From an uncultured Pelagibacteraceae bacterium (GTDB lineage: Bacteria; Pseudomonadota; Alphaproteobacteria; Pelagibacterales; Pelagibacteraceae): a stretch of 64,000 nucleotides of DNA. The translations under genes were made by a program, and so were the position numbers. Shown in pieces: positions 56,881 to 64,000 of this stretch. The notes under the pieces are model-generated. The model worked only from the letters and a program-made list of their open reading frames with translations. It searched no databases and was not told where the DNA came from. The number at the start of each line of letters is the position of its first letter. Within the stretch, counting starts at the first letter, position 1. The stretch lies in assembly GCA_902599625.1 (NCBI GenBank), contig CACKGF010000002.1, forward strand, positions 177,829 to 241,828. The letters are read 5' to 3'.

Positions 56881-57796
56881 CAAAAAAGTAATAAAATTAG
56901 AAGGGGATGCTTCAGAACGAAAATTTTATAGATCAAAAAATTCTATAATAATTTTTTCAAAAAAAAATAAAAAAAAAAATTTATTAATCTATGATGCAAT
57001 AAATAGAATACTAAATTCAGGAGGTATTTGTGCTCCTAGATTATTAAAAAACAATTACAAAAAAAATTTAATAGAAGTAAACGATTTAGGAGATGTTACA
57101 TTGCTCAGACTTCTCAAAAATAGAAAAAACAAAAAGAAAATTATTATAAAAGTATTAGATTTATTATTTAAAGTTCAAAAAATAAAAAAATTTTATAATA
57201 AAGATTTTACAGGTAGAAAATATAAGATGGTAAGATATTCAAAAGATAAACTTTTAAAAGAGGCCTATTTGTTTAACGAATGGTATCTTCCTCGAAAAAT
57301 TAGTAAGAAAAAATTAAATCAATTAAAAAAAAAATTTAAGAACATTTTTTTAAGATTATCTAAGGCAATTAAATTACCCGATAATGTTTTTGTGCATAGA
57401 GACTTCCATGTTTCAAATATAATGCTTAAACAAAAAAAATTTCATTTAATAGATAGTCAAGATGCAGTCATTGGAAATCCGGCTTATGATCTTGCTTCAT
57501 TAATTGATGATGTAAGACTTAAAACATCAAATAGTTTCAAAGAAGAAATGTTTAATCATTTTACAAAAAAATACCTGAATAGAGATCTTGAAAAATTTGA
57601 AAATGACTTCTTAATTTTATCAGTATTAAGAAATTTTAAGATTCTTGGAATTTTTTCAAGACTTGCAAAAAGAGATGATAAAAACAAATATCTTAAATAC
57701 ATTCCTTATACATGGAGTCTTATTAAATTAAGAACTAAAAATGGAAAAGTATTTGATGAGTTAAGGTTTATTTTAAATAATAATAAATTTATATAA
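56858..57796 (+). CDS. amgK: aminoglycoside-phosphotransferase-fold kinase, AmgK-like (anomeric MurNAc/GlcNAc kinase candidate)
   Basis: 312-aa ORF with the Brenner motif HRDFHVSNIM and IDSQDAVIGNPAYDLASLI, which parallels Pseudomonas AmgK as I recall it. The conserved tsaE-amgK-murU order supports the call. The start is uncertain (ATG at 56858 or 56867). Confidence 0.68.
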   Translation: MEKMRLNNKKVIKLEGDASERKFYRSKNSIIIFSKKNKKKNLLIYDAINRILNSGGICAPRLLKNNYKKNLIEVNDLGDVTLLRLLKNRKNKKKIIIKVLDLLFKVQKIKKFYNKDFTGRKYKMVRYSKDKLLKEAYLFNEWYLPRKISKKKLNQLKKKFKNIFLRLSKAIKLPDNVFVHRDFHVSNIMLKQKKFHLIDSQDAVIGNPAYDLASLIDDVRLKTSNSFKEEMFNHFTKKYLNRDLEKFENDFLILSVLRNFKILGIFSRLAKRDDKNKYLKYIPYTWSLIKLRTKNGKVFDELRFILNNNKFI

Positions 57797-57807
57797 AATT
57801 TAATTGT

Positions 57808-58503
57808 ATGAAAAAAATTGAGGTTGCGGTGATACTAGGTGCTGGTTTTGGAAAAAGATTATCTCCAATTACAAATGAAATTCCAAAACCTCTTGTTGAA
57901 ATCGGAAATGAAACTATACTAGAAAAGACTATTAAACTTGTAAAAAAATTAAATTTAAAAAAAATTCTGATAAACACCCATTACAAACGAGATCAGCTTA
58001 AAAATTTTATTGAAAAAAAAAACTTTGATATTGATATAGAATTATTTGAGGAAGTCCCTGAAATTCTCAATACTGGTGGAGGCATTTTAAATATGATCAT
58101 GCAAAACAAAAATGAATATTTTTTAACTTTTAATCCAGATACTTTATGGAACGAAAATTATATTGATGAAATCTTAGAAATGGAAAATCAGTTTTTTAGC
58201 TCAAATTCAAAAAATATTTTATTGGTGGTAAATAAGGATAAAAGCTTCGATCAAAATTTGATAGGAGACTTTAATCTTGAAGCGGACAAGCTAAACAAAA
58301 CTAAGCCCTTAAATTTTATTTACACAGGATGTCAGATACTAGAAAAGAAAATATTTAAAAAATTTAATAATAAATCTTTTCCAATGTCGGAGGTGTGGAA
58401 TGATTTGTTATCAAGAAATGAATTGATGGGTTTTGAAAGTAAAGTGAACTTTAAACATGTCACTAATTATGATATTTTTAATAAACTCCTAAAAAGCAAC
58501 TAA
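57808..58503 (+). CDS. murU: sugar-1-phosphate nucleotidyltransferase, MurU-like (MurNAc-1-P uridylyltransferase candidate)
   Basis: 231-aa ORF with the N-terminal nucleotidyltransferase loop GAGFGKRLSPITNEIPKPLV. It sits directly after the AmgK-like kinase. Confidence 0.68.
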   Translation: MKKIEVAVILGAGFGKRLSPITNEIPKPLVEIGNETILEKTIKLVKKLNLKKILINTHYKRDQLKNFIEKKNFDIDIELFEEVPEILNTGGGILNMIMQNKNEYFLTFNPDTLWNENYIDEILEMENQFFSSNSKNILLVVNKDKSFDQNLIGDFNLEADKLNKTKPLNFIYTGCQILEKKIFKKFNNKSFPMSEVWNDLLSRNELMGFESKVNFKHVTNYDIFNKLLKSN

Positions 58504-59208
58504 ATTTTTGGCTCTTCCTTGATCAAGATATGTTACAGATGAAATTTGAAGTTTGTCCTCAAAAATTATTAAAAGAGGATTTCCAGTTGGTATTTCCATT
58601 TTAGAAATTTCCCTCTCATTGATTTTAAAAAGATATTTGCATAGAGCTCTTAAAGAATTTCCATGGGCTGAGATGCATACACCTTTACCATTTTGAAGAT
58701 CTTTTAAGATTAATTCATTATAACAATCCACTACCCGTTTATGGGTATCTTTTAATGACTCAGTATCTGGGATATCAGACACTGGAATATCCTTATAAGT
58801 TTTTATATTGAGCGGATGGTAGGGGCTTTTCCTATCTAAAGCTCCAGGTTTGACATCCCATGATCTTCTAAATTGATGGATTTTCTCTTCTCCATATTTT
58901 TTCTTCATATCTTCTTTATTTAAACCTGTGAGCTCTCCATAATGTCTTTCGTTTAATTGCCATTTTTTAGTAATTAAGTTTTCATCTTCATTTAATTCTT
59001 TCATTACAATTTTAAGAGTATCATTTGCCCTTTTTTGGTAGGAGCTATAAAAAGAATCAAGTTTAATTTTTTTCTCTTTTATTAATTCACCAGCTTTTTT
59101 AGCCTCAGCTCTACCTTTATCTGTTAATCCAACATCGACCCAACCAGTAAATCTTTTTTGTTGGTTCCACTCACTTTGTCCATGCCTTATAAGAATAAGA
59201 TGTTTCAT
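58489..59208 (-). CDS. gpmA: 2,3-bisphosphoglycerate-dependent phosphoglycerate mutase
   Basis: 239-aa ORF with the LIRHGQSEWN phosphohistidine motif, plus ERHYGEL and SAHGNSLRAL. Confidence 0.93.
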   Translation of the reverse strand: MKHLILIRHGQSEWNQQKRFTGWVDVGLTDKGRAEAKKAGELIKEKKIKLDSFYSSYQKRANDTLKIVMKELNEDENLITKKWQLNERHYGELTGLNKEDMKKKYGEEKIHQFRRSWDVKPGALDRKSPYHPLNIKTYKDIPVSDIPDTESLKDTHKRVVDCYNELILKDLQNGKGVCISAHGNSLRALCKYLFKINEREISKMEIPTGNPLLIIFEDKLQISSVTYLDQGRAKNLVAF

Positions 59209-59253
59209 TGAAATATTTGATATATTAATTAATAAATAAAATAAATAAAATTA

Positions 59254-59646
59254 ATGAAAATTTTTACAAATAATCTTCAATTAATTTTCAAATTATCCAA
59301 TATATGTTTAATAATTTTATATCTATATCCAGGAAGTATACTAGGTTTTTTTTTATACAATGATTTTAGTAATCAACCTCAAATCACAAGAGATTTTTTT
59401 CAAATATCCTCAAATCATATTTACGCTTTTTCTCTTATTTCAATCCTTGGTCTTTTCGCCTTTAAAACAAAAAAAAAATTATTTGTATATTTGGTTTGTT
59501 TATCCATAGTCCTTGAAATTTTCCATTTGGTCATACCAAATCGCAGCTTTCAAACAGGTGATCTAAATGGTAACTTACTGGGTGTAATAATACCTTTTTT
59601 GATTTACAAAGTTTATGAAATCCTATTTAAAACCAAAAAAGAATAA
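59254..59646 (+). CDS. small integral membrane protein, VanZ-like (tentative)
   Basis: 130-aa ORF with four predicted TM segments. The pattern NH.YAF...LEIFHLVIPNRSFQTGDLNGNLLG resembles the VanZ-like H...E..Q..pgR....D...N..G signature. This comes from memory and was not searched. Confidence 0.5.
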   Translation: MKIFTNNLQLIFKLSNICLIILYLYPGSILGFFLYNDFSNQPQITRDFFQISSNHIYAFSLISILGLFAFKTKKKLFVYLVCLSIVLEIFHLVIPNRSFQTGDLNGNLLGVIIPFLIYKVYEILFKTKKE

Positions 59647-60139
59647 AATTATATATTTAATTTTATTAATAATTTTTTTTTCCAAAACCAATTCTTATTC
59701 AGAGGAAATAACAGGATATGCAAAAGTAATAGATGGTGACACAATTAGAATAAAGGAAAATAAAATTAGACTTTACGGTATCGATGCACCTGAAAACAAT
59801 CAAATATGCTCTAAGCCTTGGTTGAGCCTGAACGTAATCACATTTAATAAAGATTATGAGTGTGGACTTAAAACTACTAGTTTATTAAAAAAGTTCGTTA
59901 AAAATGAAATAATATTATGTAAAAAGAAATCTGTGGATAGATATAATAGAGTTGTTGCTATTTGCTTTAAGAAAAAACGGGATATTAATTCTTGGCTTGT
60001 TAGGAATGGTTTAGCTGTTGCTTACACTAAATATTCAAAAAAATATATTATAAATGAAAATGATGCAAAAAAAGAAAAAAAAGGTTTATGGGCAGGAAAT
60101 TTTGAAATGCCTTGGGAATGGAGAAAAAAACGTAAATAA
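59615..60139 (+). CDS. secreted staphylococcal-nuclease-like (thermonuclease family) protein
   Basis: 174-aa ORF with a signal peptide (KKNKIIYLILLIIFFSKTNSYS). SNase residues are in place (VIDGDTIRI, IRLYGIDAPE, DRYNRVVA, GLAVAY). It overlaps the preceding ORF by 32 nt. Confidence 0.83.
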   Translation: MKSYLKPKKNKIIYLILLIIFFSKTNSYSEEITGYAKVIDGDTIRIKENKIRLYGIDAPENNQICSKPWLSLNVITFNKDYECGLKTTSLLKKFVKNEIILCKKKSVDRYNRVVAICFKKKRDINSWLVRNGLAVAYTKYSKKYIINENDAKKEKKGLWAGNFEMPWEWRKKRK

Positions 60140-60153
60140 ATTATAAATAAAGG

Positions 60154-60753
60154 GTGATTCGTTTTAAATTTTTTTTATCTTTATCAATTTTTTTATTTTT
60201 GCTGAGCTGTTCATCTATTCCAAAAAATACCTCAAGTAGTTGCTCAATATTTTCTGAAAGATACTTTTGGTATAAACATGCAAAAAAGACTGAAGAAAAA
60301 TGGGGAACACCTATGCATATACAACTTGCATTTATTAAATTTGAGTCAGATTTCCATTGGCTTGCAAAACCTAAACGACAAAAACTTTTTAAAATAATTC
60401 CTTTTAAAAGACCCTCAAGTTCATTTGGATATTCTCAGGCTGTAAAGGGAACATGGAAACAATATAAGGATGAACAGAATAAACCATTAGCTCTTAGAAC
60501 AAGATTTAAGGATAGTGTTGATTTTATTGGCTGGTATACAAATAAATCATCAAAACTTTTAAAGATTCCTAAAAACGATGCATTCAAACAATATATTGCA
60601 TATCACGAAGGATGGGGAAATTATAAAAATTATAAAAAAAATAAAAAGGTAATTTCTTATGCAAAAAAAGTTAAAAAGTATTCAGATCAATATAAAACTC
60701 AGCTTATAAAATGTAAAAAAAAGCTTAATAGGAAAAAATTTATTGTTTATTGA
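60154..60753 (+). CDS. lipoprotein, possibly lytic-transglycosylase (SLT)-like
   Basis: 199-aa ORF with the lipobox LLSC at residues 16-19. IKFESDF (a candidate catalytic Glu-Ser) and SSFGYSQAVKGTWKQY recall SLT-domain lipoproteins. The C-terminus is K-rich. The function is tentative. Confidence 0.5.
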   Translation: MIRFKFFLSLSIFLFLLSCSSIPKNTSSSCSIFSERYFWYKHAKKTEEKWGTPMHIQLAFIKFESDFHWLAKPKRQKLFKIIPFKRPSSSFGYSQAVKGTWKQYKDEQNKPLALRTRFKDSVDFIGWYTNKSSKLLKIPKNDAFKQYIAYHEGWGNYKNYKKNKKVISYAKKVKKYSDQYKTQLIKCKKKLNRKKFIVY

Positions 60754-63700
60754 TTAAGTTCTTTTTCTAACTCTTTTTCAATATGATTTATACTTTTTGT
60801 ATTCTTTCCTAATAATAAATAAATTATTGGAACTACATAAAGTGTAAAAAATGTCGAAAATATCATTCCAGCAAATATAGTAATACCAACAGATAACCTA
60901 CTCGCCTCACCTGGACCACTACTTATTACCAATGGTAGAACTCCAATAATGGTAGATATAGAAGTCATTAAGATTGGTCTTAATCTTAGTGCCGATGATT
61001 CCAAAATCGCGGTTAATTGATTTTTCCCCTCATCTCTTAACTGATTTGCAAATTCAACAATCAATATTCCGTTTTTTGTTGCTAATCCAATTAGTATTAT
61101 TAAAGCTACCTGACTGTAAACATTAATTGAGCTACCGACGAGCAGTAGACCTATAATTCCACCAAATATTGCTAGTGGGACTGTCAGCATTATTGTGAAA
61201 GGATGGACAAAGCTTTCAAACTGAGCCGCCATCACAAGATATGCTGTAACTAAAGCTAAAAAGAATATTACATAAATCTGAAAACTTATTTCTTTTAGTT
61301 GCTCACTTTCCCCTTTGAAATCAATTCTGGCATTAGGTGTATTTTCTTGAACAACTTTTTCTAAAAAGGACAAGGCATTTTGAAGGGTATAATCTCCTAC
61401 GATATTTGCAGAAATAGTAACTGCTTTTTGTCTATTATACCTAGATAGAAATGGAGCAGTTCCTCTTTCATTAATTGTTACTAAATTTGATAAAGCAATT
61501 AATTGACCAGAGTTTTTTGATCTAACATAAACTTTATTTAAACTTGAGGGTTCATTTCTATTTTTAATATCTCCCTGCAGGATAATTGAATACTCTTTAC
61601 CATCCTTTGTAAATTTTGTGACACTTCTGGAGCCAAAAATAGTTTCGATTGTTCGACCTATTTCTGAAGTAGATACACCAAGATCTGATGCTTTCTTTTG
61701 ATCGATCTTTACATTTATAATTGGTTTATTTAATTTAAAATCGTCTTCGATATTAGCTAAATTATTATTTTTTCTGGCCTCTTTTTTTATAGTCTCCTTC
61801 CATTGGATTAATTCTTCATAGGTATTACCTAATATTACAAATTGGACTGGTTTTTCTACACTACCGGTTCTTATTCCCTGGGGCATAACAGGAAATGATA
61901 AAACACCTGGAACTTTTGAAATTTCTCTAAAAGACTCCATCATTATTCTGTTACCTTTTCTGTCCCTTTTTTTCCAATCCTCCAATAATACAATTATAAA
62001 AGCCGAGTTGACTTGTTTGCTACTTTTTCCGAAACCCGGCACTCTTAAAATTAGTCTTCTATACTCACCTTGCCCTACTTTTGGTAATAACAATTTTTCA
62101 ATATCTTGAGTTTTTGAAGAGGTAAACTCAAACCCTGAGCTTTGAGGTGCCTTTACTATTACGAAGAAAGCACCTCTATCTTCTTTTGGTATAAGTTGTT
62201 TTGGAATGTAAATAAATAAACCAATACTCAATATTAAAATTGATATTAAAAAAGTGATTATACTTTTTTTCTTTAATATCCAATATTTTAAAGTGTAAAT
62301 ATAAAATTCCTTAAAATCATTTAATTTTTTTTCAAATTTAATAGTTAATTTGTTTCTTTTTGATTTTGTGTCTAAAACTTTGCTAGCAATCATCGGGCTT
62401 AATGATAATGCCACAAAACTTGATATTATCACCGCGAAACTTAAAGTAACAGCCGTTTCAGCATACAACACTCCAGCTAAGCCCTCTATAAAAATTAAAG
62501 GTATGAATACAGCAACAAGAACTAAAGTGGTTGCTATAATTGCAAAAGACACTTGTTTCGATCCTTTATATGCAGCAACTAATGAACTCTCACCTTTCTC
62601 AACTCTTCGGTATATGTTCTCCAACATTACAATTGCATCGTCCACCACGATTCCTATTGCAAGAACCAATGCCATAAGAGTGAAAAGGTTTATTGAAAAA
62701 TCAAAAAAGTAGATAGCTAAAAAAGTTGAAATTAAAGAGACTGGCAAAGCTACAATTGGTACTACTAAAGCTCTGATGTTACCCAAAAAAAGATAAATAA
62801 TGAGCGTGACCAAAATTAGTGCCACAAATAATGTTTTGTAAACCTCTTTAATTGCATTTGAGACATAATTCGATCTATCAAAAGAAACCTCTAATGTAGA
62901 TCCATCAGGTATAGAACTTTGTATTTCCTTAATCTTCTTTTTTACTTTTGTAGCCACCGCAATTGTATTTGCATCTGAGTTTTGATAAATACCAATACCT
63001 ACAACTTTTTTTCCATTTCCTTTAAAAAGTGTTCTTGTAGAGACTGGACCAAATTCGATCCTAGAAACATCTTCCAAAGTTGTTACTGAACCATCAATTG
63101 CCCTTTTCAAAGGTAGTTTTTTATAAGAGTCTAAATTTTCATAAGCGTTTTCAAGTTTAATTGAAAGATCTACATCTTTTGACTCTATTCGACCTGCAGG
63201 AAATTCTAAATTTTCTGAATTTAAAACTTTCTCAACATCTTGAGTTGTTAAATTTCTAGCAGCTAATGAAAGTGGATCCAACCACACTCTTACAGACAGC
63301 TCCCTTTCACCACCTAATCTCACACGCCCAACTCCCTCTACAGTTGAGAAATAATCTACCAAATATCGATCAGCAAAATCAGTGAGTTCTAAATCACTCA
63401 TAAAGTCTGAGCTAAAACTCAACCACATAGTAGTTCTAAAGCCCGCAGATTGTTTGAAAATTTCTGGAGCGCTAGCCTCTTTTGGTAAATTATCCACTAC
63501 TCTTGAGATTGCACTTCTCACATCATTAGCAACATCGTCAATATCAAGGTTATCTTTGAAGGTCATATCAATTCTTGACCTTTCATCTTCACTCATAGAG
63601 TCAATTGAAACGAGACCTGGAGTACCTCCGATAAAATCCTCAATTTTTTGTGTTATCTGAGTATCAATAACTTCAGCTGAAGCACCTTTGTAATCAGTTT

Positions 63701-63842
63701 GAACCGATACTACTGGTCGGTCAATATCTGGCAATTCATTTGTTGGTATTTCAAAAAAAACTAAAATACCAAACATAACCATAACTATACTCATCACCAT
63801 TGAGACGACTGGTCGTTTGATTGATAAGTCTGTTAAGAACAT
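60747..63842 (-). CDS. RND-family efflux transporter, inner-membrane subunit (AcrB/HAE1-like)
   Basis: 1031-aa ORF with 12 TM segments and two large periplasmic loops. The N-terminus FLTDLSIKRPVVSMVMSIV and VVDDAIVMLENI are typical of AcrB-family pumps. Confidence 0.94.
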   Translation of the reverse strand: MFLTDLSIKRPVVSMVMSIVMVMFGILVFFEIPTNELPDIDRPVVSVQTDYKGASAEVIDTQITQKIEDFIGGTPGLVSIDSMSEDERSRIDMTFKDNLDIDDVANDVRSAISRVVDNLPKEASAPEIFKQSAGFRTTMWLSFSSDFMSDLELTDFADRYLVDYFSTVEGVGRVRLGGERELSVRVWLDPLSLAARNLTTQDVEKVLNSENLEFPAGRIESKDVDLSIKLENAYENLDSYKKLPLKRAIDGSVTTLEDVSRIEFGPVSTRTLFKGNGKKVVGIGIYQNSDANTIAVATKVKKKIKEIQSSIPDGSTLEVSFDRSNYVSNAIKEVYKTLFVALILVTLIIYLFLGNIRALVVPIVALPVSLISTFLAIYFFDFSINLFTLMALVLAIGIVVDDAIVMLENIYRRVEKGESSLVAAYKGSKQVSFAIIATTLVLVAVFIPLIFIEGLAGVLYAETAVTLSFAVIISSFVALSLSPMIASKVLDTKSKRNKLTIKFEKKLNDFKEFYIYTLKYWILKKKSIITFLISILILSIGLFIYIPKQLIPKEDRGAFFVIVKAPQSSGFEFTSSKTQDIEKLLLPKVGQGEYRRLILRVPGFGKSSKQVNSAFIIVLLEDWKKRDRKGNRIMMESFREISKVPGVLSFPVMPQGIRTGSVEKPVQFVILGNTYEELIQWKETIKKEARKNNNLANIEDDFKLNKPIINVKIDQKKASDLGVSTSEIGRTIETIFGSRSVTKFTKDGKEYSIILQGDIKNRNEPSSLNKVYVRSKNSGQLIALSNLVTINERGTAPFLSRYNRQKAVTISANIVGDYTLQNALSFLEKVVQENTPNARIDFKGESEQLKEISFQIYVIFFLALVTAYLVMAAQFESFVHPFTIMLTVPLAIFGGIIGLLLVGSSINVYSQVALIILIGLATKNGILIVEFANQLRDEGKNQLTAILESSALRLRPILMTSISTIIGVLPLVISSGPGEASRLSVGITIFAGMIFSTFFTLYVVPIIYLLLGKNTKSINHIEKELEKELNQ

Positions 63843-63845
63843 TTT

Positions 63846-64000
63846 TTAATTAATGATTTTAATTTTGATTTTATCTCTTACTTTCGAAATTCCCTCTTTT
63901 ACTATCTTATCGCCCACAGACAAACCATCAAGAATAGAAACTTTTCCATAATTTCTTTTTCCAATTTTTACTTCAATTTTCTCGATAGTATTATCCTCTA
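63846..64000 (-). CDS. RND efflux membrane-fusion (periplasmic adaptor) protein, 3' end only (truncated by window edge)
   Basis: My manual minus-strand translation gives ...EDNTIEKIEVKIGKRNYGKVSILDGLSVGDKIVKEGISKVRDKIKIKIIN*, typical of an MFP C-terminal beta-barrel. The stop lies 3 nt before the RND pump ATG. Confidence 0.7.
   Translation of the reverse strand, partial: EDNTIEKIEVKIGKRNYGKVSILDGLSVGDKIVKEGISKVRDKIKIKIIN

Noticed and set aside
56930-56995. Long A-runs (A9-A11) and K-rich stretches in the amgK-like gene, with similar homopolymers in priA (18091-18100) and elsewhere. These were considered as slippage or phase-variation tracts, or as frameshifted pseudogenes.
   Set aside because: All the reading frames are intact across the runs. 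The runs encode Lys-rich segments typical of very AT-rich genomes, and nothing suggests a frameshift or an on/off switch.
62350-63660. ORFs of 120 aa and 92 aa antisense to the RND pump gene.
   Set aside because: Both lie entirely inside a strongly supported 1031-aa CDS. Their translations have no recognisable motifs, no start context and no independent spacing.

Overview
This 64-kb window is very gene-dense and AT-rich. Summing the gaps between called CDS gives about 1.08 kb of non-coding DNA, so it is roughly 98% coding. It looks like a streamlined alphaproteobacterial chromosome. From memory, with no database search, I read it as SAR11 / Candidatus Pelagibacter-like core genome. The basis is protein sequence and gene order: a DmdA-type DMSP demethylase two genes from a DmdB-type CoA ligase; asd; sdhCDAB-mmsA-mdh-sucCDAB-lpdA; priA; atpHAGDC; rplU-rpmA-obg-proBA-nadD-rsfS-ctpA-rppH; gloB-metW-metX; hisC-tyrA; ampG-NlpC/P60; trkH; class-I lysyl-tRNA synthetase; pyrD; rpmB; a polyamine operon; regA; bioY; polA; chvI-chvG; ahcY; tsaE-amgK-murU; gpmA; and an RND efflux pump. 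I call 63 CDS, one of them truncated at the right edge. I see no rRNA or tRNA, no transposase, integrase or phage genes, no CRISPR array, no toxin-antitoxin-like pairs and no long repeats. Many neighbouring genes overlap by ATGA/TTGA/TAATG, and all six convergent gene junctions have a spacer of 1 bp or less, or overlapping stop regions. Only two intergenic regions exceed 100 bp, and both look regulatory. One is a SAM-II/SAM-V-like pseudoknot candidate in the metX leader. The other is a terminator-like hairpin plus an 8-codon mini-ORF in the leader of an ornithine/lysine decarboxylase gene. I do not find a convincing self-contained novel system such as a defence island or mobile element. The loci most worth follow-up are: an uncharacterised catalytic-triad alpha/beta hydrolase translationally nested between dmdB and dmdA; a TPR-sulfotransferase fusion in a lineage reported to lack sulfate assimilation; the decarboxylase leader; an orphan YadG-like ABC ATPase next to BioY; peptidoglycan-salvage modules (ampG-NlpC/P60, amgK-murU); and a small VanZ-like / secreted nuclease / SLT-like lipoprotein cluster. 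All functional calls rest on motifs I can read in the translations plus recalled family knowledge. None were verified by search.
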